Source: Raillietiella orientalis
Lineage: Eukaryota
Direction of reading: 5' to 3'
NCBI GenBank assembly: GCA_036172245.1
Contig: JAYWIR010000074.1
Location: 186,001 to 250,000, forward strand
DNA: 64,000 nt
Below the pieces are notes generated by a model. It had not been told where the DNA came from and searched no databases. It saw only the letters and a program-made list of their open reading frames with translations. The first letter of the stretch is position 1. Every line of letters begins with the position of its first letter. Of the stretch, positions 22,996-36,004 are shown piece by piece. The position numbers and the translations under genes were made by a program.

Positions 22996-25130
22996 TTCTC
23001 ACTTGTTTGCGCCGGGGCGCTCATACTTGCAAATAGAACGATATTCTGTTGTTCAACTGGTGGTTTAGCCACGCAAGAGTACACAGCAACAAGCGTGCCG
23101 GGTCATCGCTCCGCTGTTCGGTACGGTCAACCATATCAGCAGAGGGGGCTGGGACAAAACAAAAAGATATGAATCATAGTAAAAACTATATGAAAATAAG
23201 ATCTGGAGGACACGGGAGAGGATCACAGTCTGCTGCGAGGCCGTACCATTCTTTCCAGAATGTCTGCAAGCTGTTCTTTAATAAATGAATTTAGATGGGT
23301 CCATCCGCTCGCCGTCCTCATAATTTCGACTTAGCATTGGACGGCAGTCTTATCGCGTGGTACTCCAGTTGCCTTGCACAAAGCAACCACGCTTCCAAGA
23401 AAGCAGCACATGGCTGCTAACGATGCCGCTGACCAAAGTCCGTCGCAAACGAAGATGGACCAAATAGCGTCTCTGGGGTTGCTACAGAATTTACCTATTC
23501 CCGAGGCAATGCGGTTCCAAAGGGGCCGAAGAGAAACGCAATCCATAAGGAGGAGGAGGAGGGAATTATTTTCCCCCACCTCACACAATTAGGGTTAAAC
23601 GCTCCCCATGTCCAATGGTGCCGGCGGGCGTTGCAAGGAAGTCCCCAATGCAGCAACAGTAATTCCGATTCCTGCCACTTAAGGAAAAGGGTGGAGGGTT
23701 TTATTAGCACCGGAGGCCAATGTATTTGTTCCGTCGGAACTTTTAGAAGCTCACCTTAGCGCAAAAGTTCAATAGAGGTTTTAGTCCAAGAAGAAGCATC
23801 GTACAAAATTCCCGTTTTCCACTTTCTGATCTTTTTCTCCCTACCGGAGATTTTTATGAACACCTTCTATTTCACTGCAGTGTTTCTGTATAAATATTCC
23901 TTAAGCAAAGACAGCAATGCGGCGAGGGGAGTTTTTCTCGCCCACGATCGTTTTTGGGGATGCTTCAGAATCTCACGGAGCGCGAGGCGGTCGTTGCGAG
24001 CAAACAGTTGCCTTCCATCTTGTCCGGCGCGGTGCTCGTTGCTTGTCGTCCACGAGTAAACGGTTTCCTGGAGCCAAGCGGTTCCGTTAACGGGGTGACA
24101 GGAAAGCCATCCTACGTTCATGCTCATCAAATTAGAGACTCTTCGTAGCTGCAACCCGCAGTGACAGACTTGACGGCGACGACGAAGCGCAAGAAAGGAT
24201 GACAGTCCCACCTTGCCTGTAGCCTTTTCGACGAGAAGACGTGCAAGCTCGCACCAGCTGCTCTAGCGTCAGGAGGCCAAGACCGCCGTGCCGACGCGGA
24301 GCGCTCAAGTCCTCAAGCCGGAATCAGACACACCCATTACACCATAGGGCAATCCTTAGGAGATCCTTCGTCCGCTTTTTAGTTTCTGTGGTAAAGGGAC
24401 ATACAAAAGCAGGAAATGGAGGAGGAGCGCCGCGAATGCGTTCCACACCGCAGCCCGTTCCGGCAGGAAAAACCTGCGGCTTTGGAACGGGCCGATCGCC
24501 GTCTCTACCTTTTGAAGGCAGCTGTACCACGCATTCAAAGGGAGATCATCACCCATCGGTACACCGCGGTACTTGAAGTACCGTATCGTGGTGATCACCA
24601 AACGGACCCAGTCCGGCTGCCCTGCCCACGCCGCACCAACTGGCACCACCGACTACTTCTTTCCGTTAACATGTAATCCGGCCCCACGGCTAAGTAGGTC
24701 GGAGAAATCAAGGATCTTCTACGCCGGGGTGTATCTAGGTTTCAGGAGCAGAAGATTGTCGGCATGGGCTGCTACGACAAGGGTGTCCGGGCACGAGCTC
24801 GGCAAGGGGGCCAAAGTGACCATGTGCAATCTCAGCACCAACTCAAAGTAGCTGCTAAAGAGCAGCGGACTCAGGCTATTGCCCTGTCGTATGCCCCGCC
24901 GTACCTTACGCCGTCCACGGTGTTTCCTGAAAAAGATCTGTATGATCGCGTCGCGCCAGCAGGATCGCAGGCAGGTCAGCAAAGAAATCGGAAAGCCCAA
25001 GCGTTACAAGAGATCCAGCAGGAGCCTCTGGTCAAAACAGTCGAATGCGTCAAGCAAATCGACAGCGACTGAGAGGGCTCCTTTCCCTCCTTAACTATCT
25101 TCTATTTTGGCTTGGACATTTCCGAAGTCC
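22996..25130 (-). mobile_element. Lineage H (D-related) LINE, old 3' part (RT, zinc finger, decayed 3' end)
   Basis: GIRQGNSLSPLLF, AHADN, LHWGLPCNARRHHW; decayed terminus CGCCCCGGCGCAAACAAGTGAGAA near 22996-23020. Confidence 0.75.
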
Positions 25131-25139
25131 GGTTAACTA

Positions 25140-27660
25140 TCCTGACCCTTTTCTATTGGAGCGCAGAAAAGGTACTGGCGAGGAACAGGAGGGCATCCAT
25201 GCTCCGCCCGGGAACCCAGAAGCATCTACCTCGTTAGGGTGAAACTGGAGTTCCGTGGCTACGGCGCCAACACAAGCGGCTACGGCTGAGTTGTAAGCCT
25301 ACCTGGAGGAAGGGTACAATTTCCCTCTACTCTACAAAGTAGGCAACCTTAACTCTTTTGAGAGTGCGCGCGCTTTCTCGAAAGCGATGCACTCCCTCAA
25401 AGTACCCCAGGAGGAGCTCTTGGCGATGACCATCAGGAGTGCTGGACAGTACGTTAAGGTGATTTGCAAAGAAGCAAGTGTTGCCCAGCGTCTTCTTCGT
25501 ACACCTGTTTTTTGGGGGAAACGCCGGCTCCTCCTTATCACGGAGGATAGATCTGTCGTGATCCATCTCCTCGGAATCACCTTCCGGATAGCCAAAGAGG
25601 CTTTCCGAGAATAATTAATTAAATTTGGAACCCTCCACGCGTTGTGAAAAAAGCCGACTTCATTTCGGGAGCACGATTTGCTAAATTGCGGACTGGCTTC
25701 CGCGCGAATCACGGTTTGCGAGGGTTGCTCTTTACAGAAAAAGCTGGAGGTCAACGGCGTCCCCGTTGACATCTGGTAAGTTCGGAAGCCGCATTTATGC
25801 GGGCATTCCAGCACTTGAGGTCACCTGAAAAAAAGGTGCCCCCACTTGCCGTGCAAGCAATGCAAGCAACCCGGGCACACTCTTGCGGTGTTCTTGCAAA
25901 ATGAAGTCCGCGTCGCGTCCTCATAGAATGCGAAGAAGCGCGCGGCCAGAATATAAAATGTTCAGGGAGCCCAAGAGAGACCCACAGCTAAAAAGATAAC
26001 TATCGTGCCCGAAGTGAAGGTCAGCTCCGAGATCCCGCAAACCTCGGAGAAGGTCAAGGAGAACGGCCAGGAACCTGGATGGCAGGTAGTAAAATCCAAG
26101 AGGCAGAAAAGCCTCAAGGAACCAAAAAGAAATCTCGCGAAAAGCAGCGAGATATTGCCGCGTCGCGAAAAGATCAAACGCTGCTTTCTCGTCATCAAAC
26201 GCATTCCTGCGGTCGAAAAGAGCGGCAAAATCGCTCTCGTCGCTGCCGACTTTCGGCCCTCCGGCAAATTAATGCCGGAGGATATCGACCCGGCAGTGGC
26301 GTCCGTCGTCTAACGCATGCTCGAAGACGTCGCTTTTGAGCGAGCGGAGGAGCAGCTGGCTGCGTCCTTGTACCGTCTTGCCAAATCCGCGAAGAAGGCC
26401 TTAAGGTCTCGATCAAGAAGTCTTATATTCCGAACTCTGACGTAGAGGGGGAAAACACAGCCTGCGGCATCGCGGCCTCCCGCCCGAAGGCCAGACGCAC
26501 GAAGAAGGCTACCTGCCAAATTATCCCGTTCGTGGAAAAGGGAGAGATAATCGAGGGAAGCGAGCGTGCGAAGAAAGTAGACAACTCCGGGGACTATCCT
26601 CGAGAGGTAACCCTACTCTGCGACCCCGGAGAAAGGGAAAGGATAGAGTCTGTGCACCAGGTGCTTCAAGTGCCTCTGATGGCCGCGGTCCCCTTACTCG
26701 TTCCTCCCTTCTGTCCCTTGACAGGTGCTGCAACGTTAAGATCCCAGCCTTTAAGCCGGGAATCGCCTCTTGCCGCCGCCTGCGAATTGCCTGTTGGAAC
26801 GTCAACGGGCTAAGCGTCGACGGCAAGAGACGAGAAGTGGCCTCCATCCTGGCATCGTTCGATCTGGTGGTGCTGCAAGAGATACACACTATCTCCGCGC
26901 ACCAAGCAACGGAGATCGAGCGTATCTCGGGTGGACGGCTGATGTGGCGTTGCGGCACCGTTAAATCTTTGGTGTCGCGTTCCTGCTTCGGCCAGCTGTC
27001 GAGGCTGCAACAAACGGCGCATGGTTCGATAGTGCCGGTCGCGTCGGGAAGTTGAACATCAGGTGGTCCGAATTCATCGATCTGGTCATTACCAACCTCT
27101 GCGCACCAAGCAGCAGCGACGCGCTAAGGGCAAAGGCAAGGAGAGATCTCTACCTTACCCTGAGGCGCGAATACCTGGACGAAGCGGGAGTTCGCAAAGC
27201 GCACCTAATCGCATGTGACTGTAACCTTCGCCTGCTGCCAGTTGCGTCCGACACACTTCGGCACCGCGTGAATGAGCTGTGCACAGAGATCCACACGCGC
27301 AACTTATTTCCAGGAGATCCGGAAATGGCCGAAAGCATAGATCACGTGTTTCTTGACAAGCACTTATGCTGACGCGTGGGCAAACGCGGAAAGTTACCGT
27401 CGGAACTGTCGGACCATTACCGGATCGTATTCGAGGTGCGCCCACGCGATAGGGTTCCCCCGTTATCTCTGTGGCGCTCACCGGGAGACTGGATGGAACT
27501 TCCGGAAGCCGCGGAGCATCTCTGCGGATTCATACGGGGTTTCAGCTTGCAGACGCTTCAGGACTGGGGTCGCTTCAAGCTCTTGGTCCGGGAGTTTTGG
27601 GACGAGTTCCCTATGAATCTCCTGCCTACAGGGTTTGGTGAAAGCGCTCGTAACAAGAGA
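25140..27660 (+). mobile_element. D-related LINE fragment (D2): decayed ORF1 + APE
   Basis: LYKVGNL / EELLAMTIRS like 43880-44000; WNVNG, LQEIH, IDHVF, LSDH at 26795-27420; boundaries approximate. Confidence 0.75.
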
Positions 27661-29490
27661 TGACACGCTCTCCTTCACCAATGAAAGTGGGGGCATCCGC
27701 TCCCACGGAATCCGGGGCACTTGCCCTATCGGAATCGGGCGCAACCGCCCCCTCGCAAACCTCTTCGCCATTGGCGAGGAGTTGGAGTGACGTCGTTGCT
27801 GCACCATGCTTGGATGCAGTAGCGGAGCAGACTGCCTAAAAGGACAGCGGCTACAAGCCTTCTCTGACCTATAAGGTAGGCAGTGTGTTTGATGAAAAAA
27901 TTGCACGCTCCTTCGAAATGGAGCTGCAAAGGTTGAACGTGTGAGAGGAAGACCTTTTAGGCCTATCCGTCCTCAGTGGTGGCCAGCGAGTTGAGCTGAC
28001 ATGCAAAGAGGAGAGTCCGGCGCAGCGACTGCTGAACACCCCTCTTACGGTGGACGGCCGCAGGATCTTCCCTGTGACGGAGTACCGCTCAGTCGTGGTC
28101 CACCTCATGGGCGAATTACTCCGAATGGACAAAACTAGCGTCCATGATGAGTTATCGAAGCATAGTAGTCTGCACGCGTATTGGGCCAAACCCAATGTCT
28201 TCCGAACGTACGGAAGGCTATTCAGTGGAATGGCAGCAGTCCGCGTCACCCTACCAGAAAATGGTGGGCTTCCACACAAACTGAATATCGGCGAAGAAAT
28301 AGTCGATGTTTGGTACGTGGCTAAGCCCAAGTATTGTGGACATTGCAATGCAACAGGGCATCTAAAAAAGCGGTGCCCTAACATCCAATGCCACTTATGT
28401 GGAAATAAGGGCCACATCCGTAAGGTGTGCAAAAGAAGAGAAATATCGTCCCCATCCGCTGCCAAAAAGGCAAAGGGGAAACGCACGGGAGAGACGCATA
28501 AACAGAAACAGGCTGTAAACCCCCAGACGCCAGTCCCTATGCCCTCAAAGCAAACGTCGGTTGAGAACAATTCCGACGACGCTGGTGAGGGCGAAGGCTG
28601 GCAGACGGTACAGCCCAGAAGAAAGCCCAGGAGTCCCGAACGAAGCGCGGAAAAAACAAAAACGCAGCGCGAAAATCCGTGCCGCGAGAAAGTTCGCGAT
28701 TGGTCGGTAAAATTAGAGCGTGCGGAGGCACTCCATGCCTCCATCAGGGGAGCAATCTGCCCACTTGCGTCCGCCGAAGCCGCGACGGTCGATGACGAAT
28801 CTTCTGGGGAAACAGAGGGGGAACCGCGCGCCGCGCTCGACGCGATCGAAGGGCCGCCTTCCAGCAGGCGGTGGAAGAACTCGAGGCAGAACTGCAAGGC
28901 CGTGAGAAGAACTTCCGAAAAGGCTGACGAAGGCAGGCCGCGAGGAAGGTTCCGGATGCACGTGACGCCCAACCGGATGCCAGAATTGCGTCCTCATTAA
29001 CATAGGCGCTACCAAACAAGACAAGACGCGAGTCCCAGAATCCCAGAAGGCGCATAGGGATCAAGAAGGAGGAGCATCAACTGGCACCCGAGGGGGAAGC
29101 CGGCAACGTAAGAGCCGAGAGTAGGAATCTCATTTCTCGACACCGTGCAGCTGGCGACCCCCATGGAGGAGGATGTCCAGGTGGGTGAACCCCTACTTCC
29201 TCTACAAGGCCCCGACGACGACTCGTACTCCATGGAGGAAAGAGAAGCGATGCGCGGCGAACCCCCTCCTCTTAGCGTCCCGCCCGACAAGGTGGCGGGA
29301 GCCCCATTGCCAATTTCCCAGGATTAACACCTCGAATCGCCTGTTGATGTAGGATCCGCGTAACCTGCTGGAACGTCAACGGGCTGCGCGATGACGGCAA
29401 CAGGCGGGACACAGCCGACACCATGCGTGACTTCGACCTGGCACTCCTGCAGGAGATCCACGTGATAACCGCGGAGAACGACCAGAAGAT
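27661..29490 (+). mobile_element. Lineage E host, part 1 (ORF1 + start of APE)
   Basis: Knuckles CGHCNATGHLKKRC and CHLCGNKGHIRKVC in ORF 28050-29000; WNVNG...LQEIHVITAE up to 29490. Confidence 0.85.
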
Positions 29491-29823
29491 TTCTCACCCG
29501 GTCACACCAGGGCGTTTATTCCATATAACATAACCTAAAAAGCAATTATACAAAATAAACCAGTTAGGAAACAAACTCCCAACTGACGACTGAACAAGAA
29601 TGAAGAGATTATTACTGGCACGGAGGCCAGAGTAACAGTTTTGCGAACGGTGTGGGGGGGCGTGGAACACAACGAAACCAGATTAAAATAAAAACAATGA
29701 ATAAGGAGGACGGGATAAGGTACTTTGGGATCGCTCTGGAAGACACGGGGATAAAACCACGGGCACCGGAAATTTTACCGAGCGAACGGAAATGGGGTAT
29801 GGGTGGGCGAGAGGTCGCAGGGG

Positions 29824-32800
29824 TCACCGGATTACGCCGTTCTCCTAGGTGTGTAAACCGGTGATGCATGCCGGTGATGTCCTCATTTACCTTGTCACGA
29901 AGATGAGATCACCTTGAAGCCTTCTCCATGAATTGAGCCGCAAGCAAGCGAGCCTCCCTTCGCTGCGCTGACAACTCCAGGGCGTAGCGGGCCTTCAGGA
30001 TGGCGCGAACGCAACACATAATTGCGACAATCGCGCAAACCGAAAGTCCATTTCTACTGAAGAAGCGCCGCAGCACATCAATGGCAGTGCCTCCATGTAG
30101 CATGATGGCCGAAGTGAGCCTTTCCCACAGTTCCAGGAGGTCACTGCAGTACAGCAAAAGTTGCGGAAAATACTCGATCTCTCCGCACCTTAAACAGTTT
30201 GGCAGAGCAGCTCCCCCGGAAACGACGCTTCGCTGCCTATTACAGTGTAATGCACAATGTAAAAAGACCAGCACATCTTGTTTTCGCTTTACGGAGAACA
30301 CAGAGCTGTCCAAACAAACAGGGGTAACCACTATCTCTCCGGGGGGCACACTTGAATGATCGCTCCACCGAAGATGGCCCTTCGCCCGATTCCGAGGAGT
30401 GGCGGCTTGCACCAACTCCATTGTCGTCCAGTTGCCGAGGAGCTTAGTGACTTCCGCTATTTTGCAGTAGAACTCCTATTCCGCCAATAGGCAACCGTCG
30501 TAGCTTGCCCTGAGGGCAGACAGCGCTGCGGCGAGTAGTGTGGCGACCAGACGATCCGACAACTTCTTGTCCTGCATGACTACGTCCATTTGATGACTGA
30601 GGAGAAGTCGCAGGCGTCGAAGATCTTCCGGGCGCGTTCCTTCGAAAGCTGCCCACGATGAAAAAGATTCCTGCCGCCATGCATTCGTGTTAATGTCGCG
30701 GCAGGAGATCCAGCTTTGGGCTTCCAGCAGTGAGGAGAGCTGCCTCAGCGGGAAGCCAAACCCTATTCTGGTGTGCCGAAAGTGGGGTAGCAACGAAAGC
30801 AGTTCCTCGCATCCTGTGCAGCGCCTCAGTATAAGGCGTGCGGCTAAGCACCAAGGCGTGCACCACAGCCTCGCACAGAGCCGCAGCATGCGAAACTGCA
30901 CCTGCAGTTCGATGCTGTTTAAGTCGAGGATGCCCAAGCCTGCATCCTGACGCGGCGCCACCAAGTCTTCAAGTCTAACACGGGATCTTGCAGTGCCCCG
31001 CAACGCTTTGCGTAGAAGGCGCTGCGCCCAGACTTTGACTTCCACGGGGGGTGGACAAACAAAAAACAGGGGGCGGAAGAGGGGAACAACGAACGTTTTT
31101 CAGATGCAGGCCCGTTCCGGCAAGACGAACTTGCCTCCTGAAAACGGGCTAAGTGCACGCTCTGCCTTCCGAAGGCAATCCGACGACGCTTCTGAGATGC
31201 AGAAGTCGCCCAACGGCACGCCAAGGTACCTGAGGTACCTGCCCGTTGGCATCCCCTGGTCGATCCAGACGGATTTCTCCTCCCACGTTGCACCCACCGG
31301 AACAACCATACACATACTCCTGTTAACGTTCACGCAAGCACCGCGACGAATCAACTCGAAGAAGTCTTCAAGCGATGTCGCCGCTTTGGACATGGGCAAC
31401 AGGAGAAGCAGGTCGTCGGCATAGGCTGCCACGGCCGGCGTACCTGGACAGGAGCTCGGTAGGTTGGCTAGCGTCAGCCTGTAAGCCTCCAGCGCCAATT
31501 CAAAATAGATGCTGATAAGCAGCGAACTTAAGCTATCACCCTGCCATATTCCTCGTCGTAATGGCACGCCGTACACGCGACAGCCACTAAAAACAATGGA
31601 TGTAATCGCGAGGCGCCAGCAGGAGCGCAAGTACGCCCACAGGGATGCCGGTAGACCCAGACGTTCGAAAAGCTCCAGAAGAAGCTTTTGGTTCACGCAA
31701 TCGGAAGCTTCGTGCACATCGACTGCAACCAACAAGGCTCCCGGTGTCTCCCTTTGCGTCTCGCGCCTCCGTCGGTGAGAGATCGAAAGCGTCGCTTCCG
31801 CACGACGAACCACCGCCAGACTATTCTGCAATTGCAGCTATGTGCGGATGAACAAGAGATTCGCGTCCATTGACCTCCCGGGAACAGTGAACTTCTGCTC
31901 CGGACTTACCAAGGATTCCGCGATCCTACCCATCAGCGCCACCGAAAGTTTCGAGAATAGCTTGACATCCGAATTCACTAATGTGATCGGACGGCAGTTG
32001 TTCAGTTGGCGCAAATCACCGCCTTTCGTCTGTAGACGCACCTTGGCTAAGCGAAAGGAGGCGGAAACATCGCCCAAGTCTCGCATCAGCGACGAGAGTT
32101 GGAGCACCAGGGGGATGAGTTCCGCCGCAAAACGTTGAACGAATTCCGCGGGGAGCCCATCTTCCCCTGGCGCGTTTCGTCTCTTGAGCCACGAGATGGG
32201 CGAGGAAATTTCCTCTGCCGTGAAGGGCTCATCAAGACGCGCGCGTTCCTCCTCGTCTACAACAGGTGCATCAATCGGCAAAAGCTGCCGGGAGAGGCTG
32301 CGTTTCGTCGGTGCCTCTGCATACAGAGAAGAGTGAAAGCGCTTGACTATCCGTCGCACGTAGGCTGGAGCAGAGCATTCCAGTTCCTGGTCGTCGAGCA
32401 GAACTGTCGCCCCTGACTGCCAGACCTGGCGCTCGGACTTGGCCTTGTACTCGGAGAATCGACCAACGTCCGCGCGCCCTAAAAAGGAGCGGGCATGCAG
32501 AAAATCTCTGCTGTTGGCCACGCCCTCTTCGAAGCCGCGCGGAAGCTGTTGCAAGGGAAACCGGCAGCAGAACTCGCGGACCGATCTTTTCAGATCGTCC
32601 CAGTCCTCAAGCTCACTCATGGCAAAGCCGACAAGCTACTGGCGAAGATGCTTAGCAACCTCCGAGTGGCTTAGCCAGTCTGCCGGCATCCTCCAAAAAC
32701 AGTTTGGAGGCCCCTTGCCTGGCGGGAGCAATTCGAACTCGAGCCTGTTGTGGTCTGAAAGCACGGACGGCACGGGACCTCTCCGACCCACGCGACAGAG

Positions 32801-33416
32801 CAAGTGTTCATCAAGGTATACGTGGTCCGGCGTTGCTTCCATAGCAGGGTCGCTAGCGAACAAGTTGCACGGGTGCACGGACGCGCACATCTCTTTTGCT
32901 TGGAACTTTTCCCTTTTGTGTGATCTATTCTCGGAAAGCAGGTGGACGTTAAAGTCCCCCGCAATGAGATGAGCCACAGTAGGGTGAGATCGAGTGAACC
33001 ACTGGCTTTGAAGGGTACCGTATAAATCAATCCTTTCGGCCCATCGTCTCAGCACCGCTCGGCGCGTACACGTTGGTTACGACAAGGTCGATCGATTCGG
33101 ACCACTTGAGTACAAGCTGTCCCACTCGGCCTTCCGTGTCGAAACGAACGCTGCGCACCGCTCCCGCCAAAGTTCCTCGCACGAGGAAAGCGACGCCGCA
33201 CGTACTTGCAACGCCGCACCTATAAAGCAGGGTTCCGCCAGCGCTCCGTTCGATTTCGGCAGTCTGCTCTTCGGAGATGCTGTGAATCTCCTTCAGGAGC
33301 GTCAACTCGAAGGCGCGCAGAGCGTCAGCCACTAGTCGCCTTTTATCCTCGTGTTGGAGCCCGTTGACGTTTCAAGACGTTACGGCAACACGACGAGAAG
33401 ACGCGATTGCCCTCAT
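29824..33416 (-). pseudogene. Lineage A ORF2 (APE-RT-zinc finger), frameshifted
   Basis: NVYAP, AGDFN, LSDH, PGEDGLPAEF, GIWQGD, AYADD, CLRCG in successive ORFs. Confidence 0.88.
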
Positions 33417-34075
33417 CACGGCTGGGAAAGCGGGGCCGTGGTGCTCGCCTCACCCGGCGAGCGGACAGTAAGCAGCACGACGGGCTGGAGGGCGCGGTCC
33501 TCACCGGCCTAAACTGTGCTGCACGTAATCGGGTGCTCTTCCCCGGGTGCAGAACCTGTGGGTTCCGGGTTGAGCACTAGCCGTTCCGCGGCGAGTGTGT
33601 CACGACTCAGGGCTTCAGCCCTGCGGGCGCTCGCTCCCGCGCGAGTTACGCGTCGTTCAGCTGCGATATCGGACTCCTTTGCGGAGTCTGATGCTCGCAC
33701 GATCGACGTGCGCTTTCATCCGTCCAATTGCACCAGAATGGTCTTCTCGGCGGTCACAGAAGCAGACTTGCACGCGTTGAAGGCGCTGGCTTTTTCCTTG
33801 GAAGAGGCACAAGCCGCGCGTGTTTTCGTATTCCCGCGACTGCTTTTTCCTTTGGAAGAGCTCAGGGATGGATGTTGCGGAGCTATTTTCGGACATATTT
33901 CTTTCCTCCTTTCCACAACCTTCCATTCGCCTTCGCGATTCTCGGAGGTATCCGCGACAGTAGTTGCGGAAACCTCCGGGATTCTCGCTGAGTTCTCTGG
34001 GGGCGTTGCTTTCGCTACGCCTTTGAAAGGAGGCAATGCAGTCACCTTCTTGACAGTCGGGAGATTGCTCCTCTC

Positions 34076-34090
34076 CTGCCGAGTCGGTGA
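34076..34090 (+). repeat. 15-bp TSD, left copy (CTGCCGAGTCGGTGA)
   Basis: Right copy CTGCCGAGTCGGCGA at 39402-39416, one C/T mismatch. Confidence 0.88.
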
Positions 34091-34299
34091 ACTTTTTTCG
34101 CGGCTCAAAGTATTGTGCGCTCGACAATTTAATCAGTTAATTGTGCTCGTGTGTGCCCGGAGAGTGGAAGTTTTCCAGACGAAACTACAAAAGAAGCGGC
34201 GAGGAGAACGCGGCAAAAGACCTGCAGTGGTCCCGTGCAGCAAGACCAGCTGCCAGGATGCAGGCACATAGAGGAGGAGTGGAGAAACCGTCGTCCCCC

Positions 34300-35991
34300 A
34301 TGGAAGCCATGGAGGTAACGTGCGGCAACGGCGAGGCGGTGGCAGGCATGCCGAGGATCGCGCCCGTGGCGGGCTTTGCTGCGCCTGCGGCGGCGATGGC
34401 AAGAGTAGTGCCCGCGGCGGGGAAGGTCGCGCCTGAGGCGGCGATGCCGAGGGTGCCTCCCGCGGCGGCAACGGTGGCGACGTCGAGAGTTGCGCTCGCA
34501 GCGGCTGCGTCCCAGGCAGGACGCGCGGGCGTCCACGCGGTCCAGAGCGAGACACCATCTTGTTCGGCTGCGGCGGCGTAGCCCTTTTCCTATGCGTCGG
34601 TGGCGGCTGGACAAGCGAGTGTCCACCCACCAAGAAAATTTGGGAAGCCGCTATGCGGTAAAGTCCAAAAGGTGTATCGGCCGATCGTGGAGTTAGGGCC
34701 GAATGTGAAGCCCATCATTTTCAAGACTGGGCTCATCAAGTTCAATAATATCAGGGAGGTTTATCTGTCCCTCGATAAAATGGACATGAATTTTGATCGC
34801 ATACAGGCAATCATACCAGCAAACAACGGGTTAACAGTCTTCACAGACTCTGAAAAGATTAGAGAGCGACTGATCCAGAAGGGGATCAATATACAAGGGA
34901 GGATGTTTTGTGGTGTTGGCAAGATGCCATACACAACCGTGTTTCTGATCGGCATCTCCATCCTCACACCGGAACTAACGGTTTAGAACTTTTTGGTGCA
35001 GTATGGGGAAGTTCTGGACCTTGAATTCTAGAACTTCTCTGAAAATATATTATGTATCGAAATGATCGCCAAAACGAAGTTGAAAGAGGGAGCTGTGTTC
35101 CCTGGATTAGCCGTTCTTGACGAACAATCCCAAAGAGTGAACGTGCGTTACCGGCAACAACCGATATTCTGCACCGGGTGCAAGCAGTTTGGCCACATGG
35201 CCGACGCTTGCCCAACGTGTCGTTGTTTCCGCTGCGGCAAAGTAGGACATCAAGTCCAAAACTGTCCGCAGCCGGAGGTGAGCTCCTTCTGCAAGAAACA
35301 CGGACATGCCAAATGGAGCTGTCCGGAGTTTGCAAACTGCAGAAGGATTCGAGGTCTCTCTCCCGTGAGAGAGAGAAACACCAAGGAGGCGGAACAGCCT
35401 CAGAAGGCAGGAAGGCCGAAGAAGGTGAAAGAAGTTGTCCCGGTATCGGAAGACGGCTTCATACAGGTTGGGAAGAAAGGAAAGAGGAGGATGCTCGTCA
35501 AGGAGCAAAAAACCCCACTTATCCTACAAAGTGAAAAGCAAGAAGGCGAGAAGATGGAGGTAGCGCAGGAAGGCGCGAAAGAGGAAATAGCCGAAGCCAC
35601 TTCGGTGTCGCAGGAGGCCCTGCAATCTACGGAGGAGTTGGCATCACTGGCTAATGAAGTCCTAGAGTTGCAGAGCGGTCCCCAGCAAGAGAAAATCTTG
35701 CAGAAGATCTGCAATGCACGGGAGAAGGTCAACAAGGTTGTGAAGGTCACCGAGCACGAAAAGCTAGAGGAACAGCTTCTGGACGTAAAGGCGAACTTTT
35801 GCGCCAAGTTCCAGATAGAGACGCTATCTCGAAAACTAATCGCGCGGGCTGAACACTGGACGGCGGAGGCGGAAGTAACCGATTTCCCCGGAACAGAGAG
35901 TGACGCCGGCAGCGAGGAGCCCGCTGCTACTTCATTGTCTGGAAGAGCACGCTCTCTCAGACATAAGAAGCTCAGGAAGGGCAAGAAATAG
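34300..35991 (+). pseudogene. C ORF1: Ala-rich repeats, three zinc knuckles; contains stops
   Basis: CTGCKQFGHMADAC, CFRCGKVGHQVQNC, SSFCKKHGHAKWSC in ORF 35062-35991; start approximate. Confidence 0.8.
34345..34505 (+). repeat. Degenerate 48-bp (16-aa) coding tandem repeat, ~3 units
   Basis: ATGCCGAGG / ATGGCAAGA / ATGCCGAGG at 34348, 34396, 34444. Confidence 0.7.
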
Positions 35992-36004
35992 GACTTCTCC
36001 TTTC

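Noticed and set aside
25091..25141. 9-bp direct repeat TTAACTATC as a TSD
   Set aside because: Only ~33 bp lie between the copies, with no element termini; likely a repair scar or chance.
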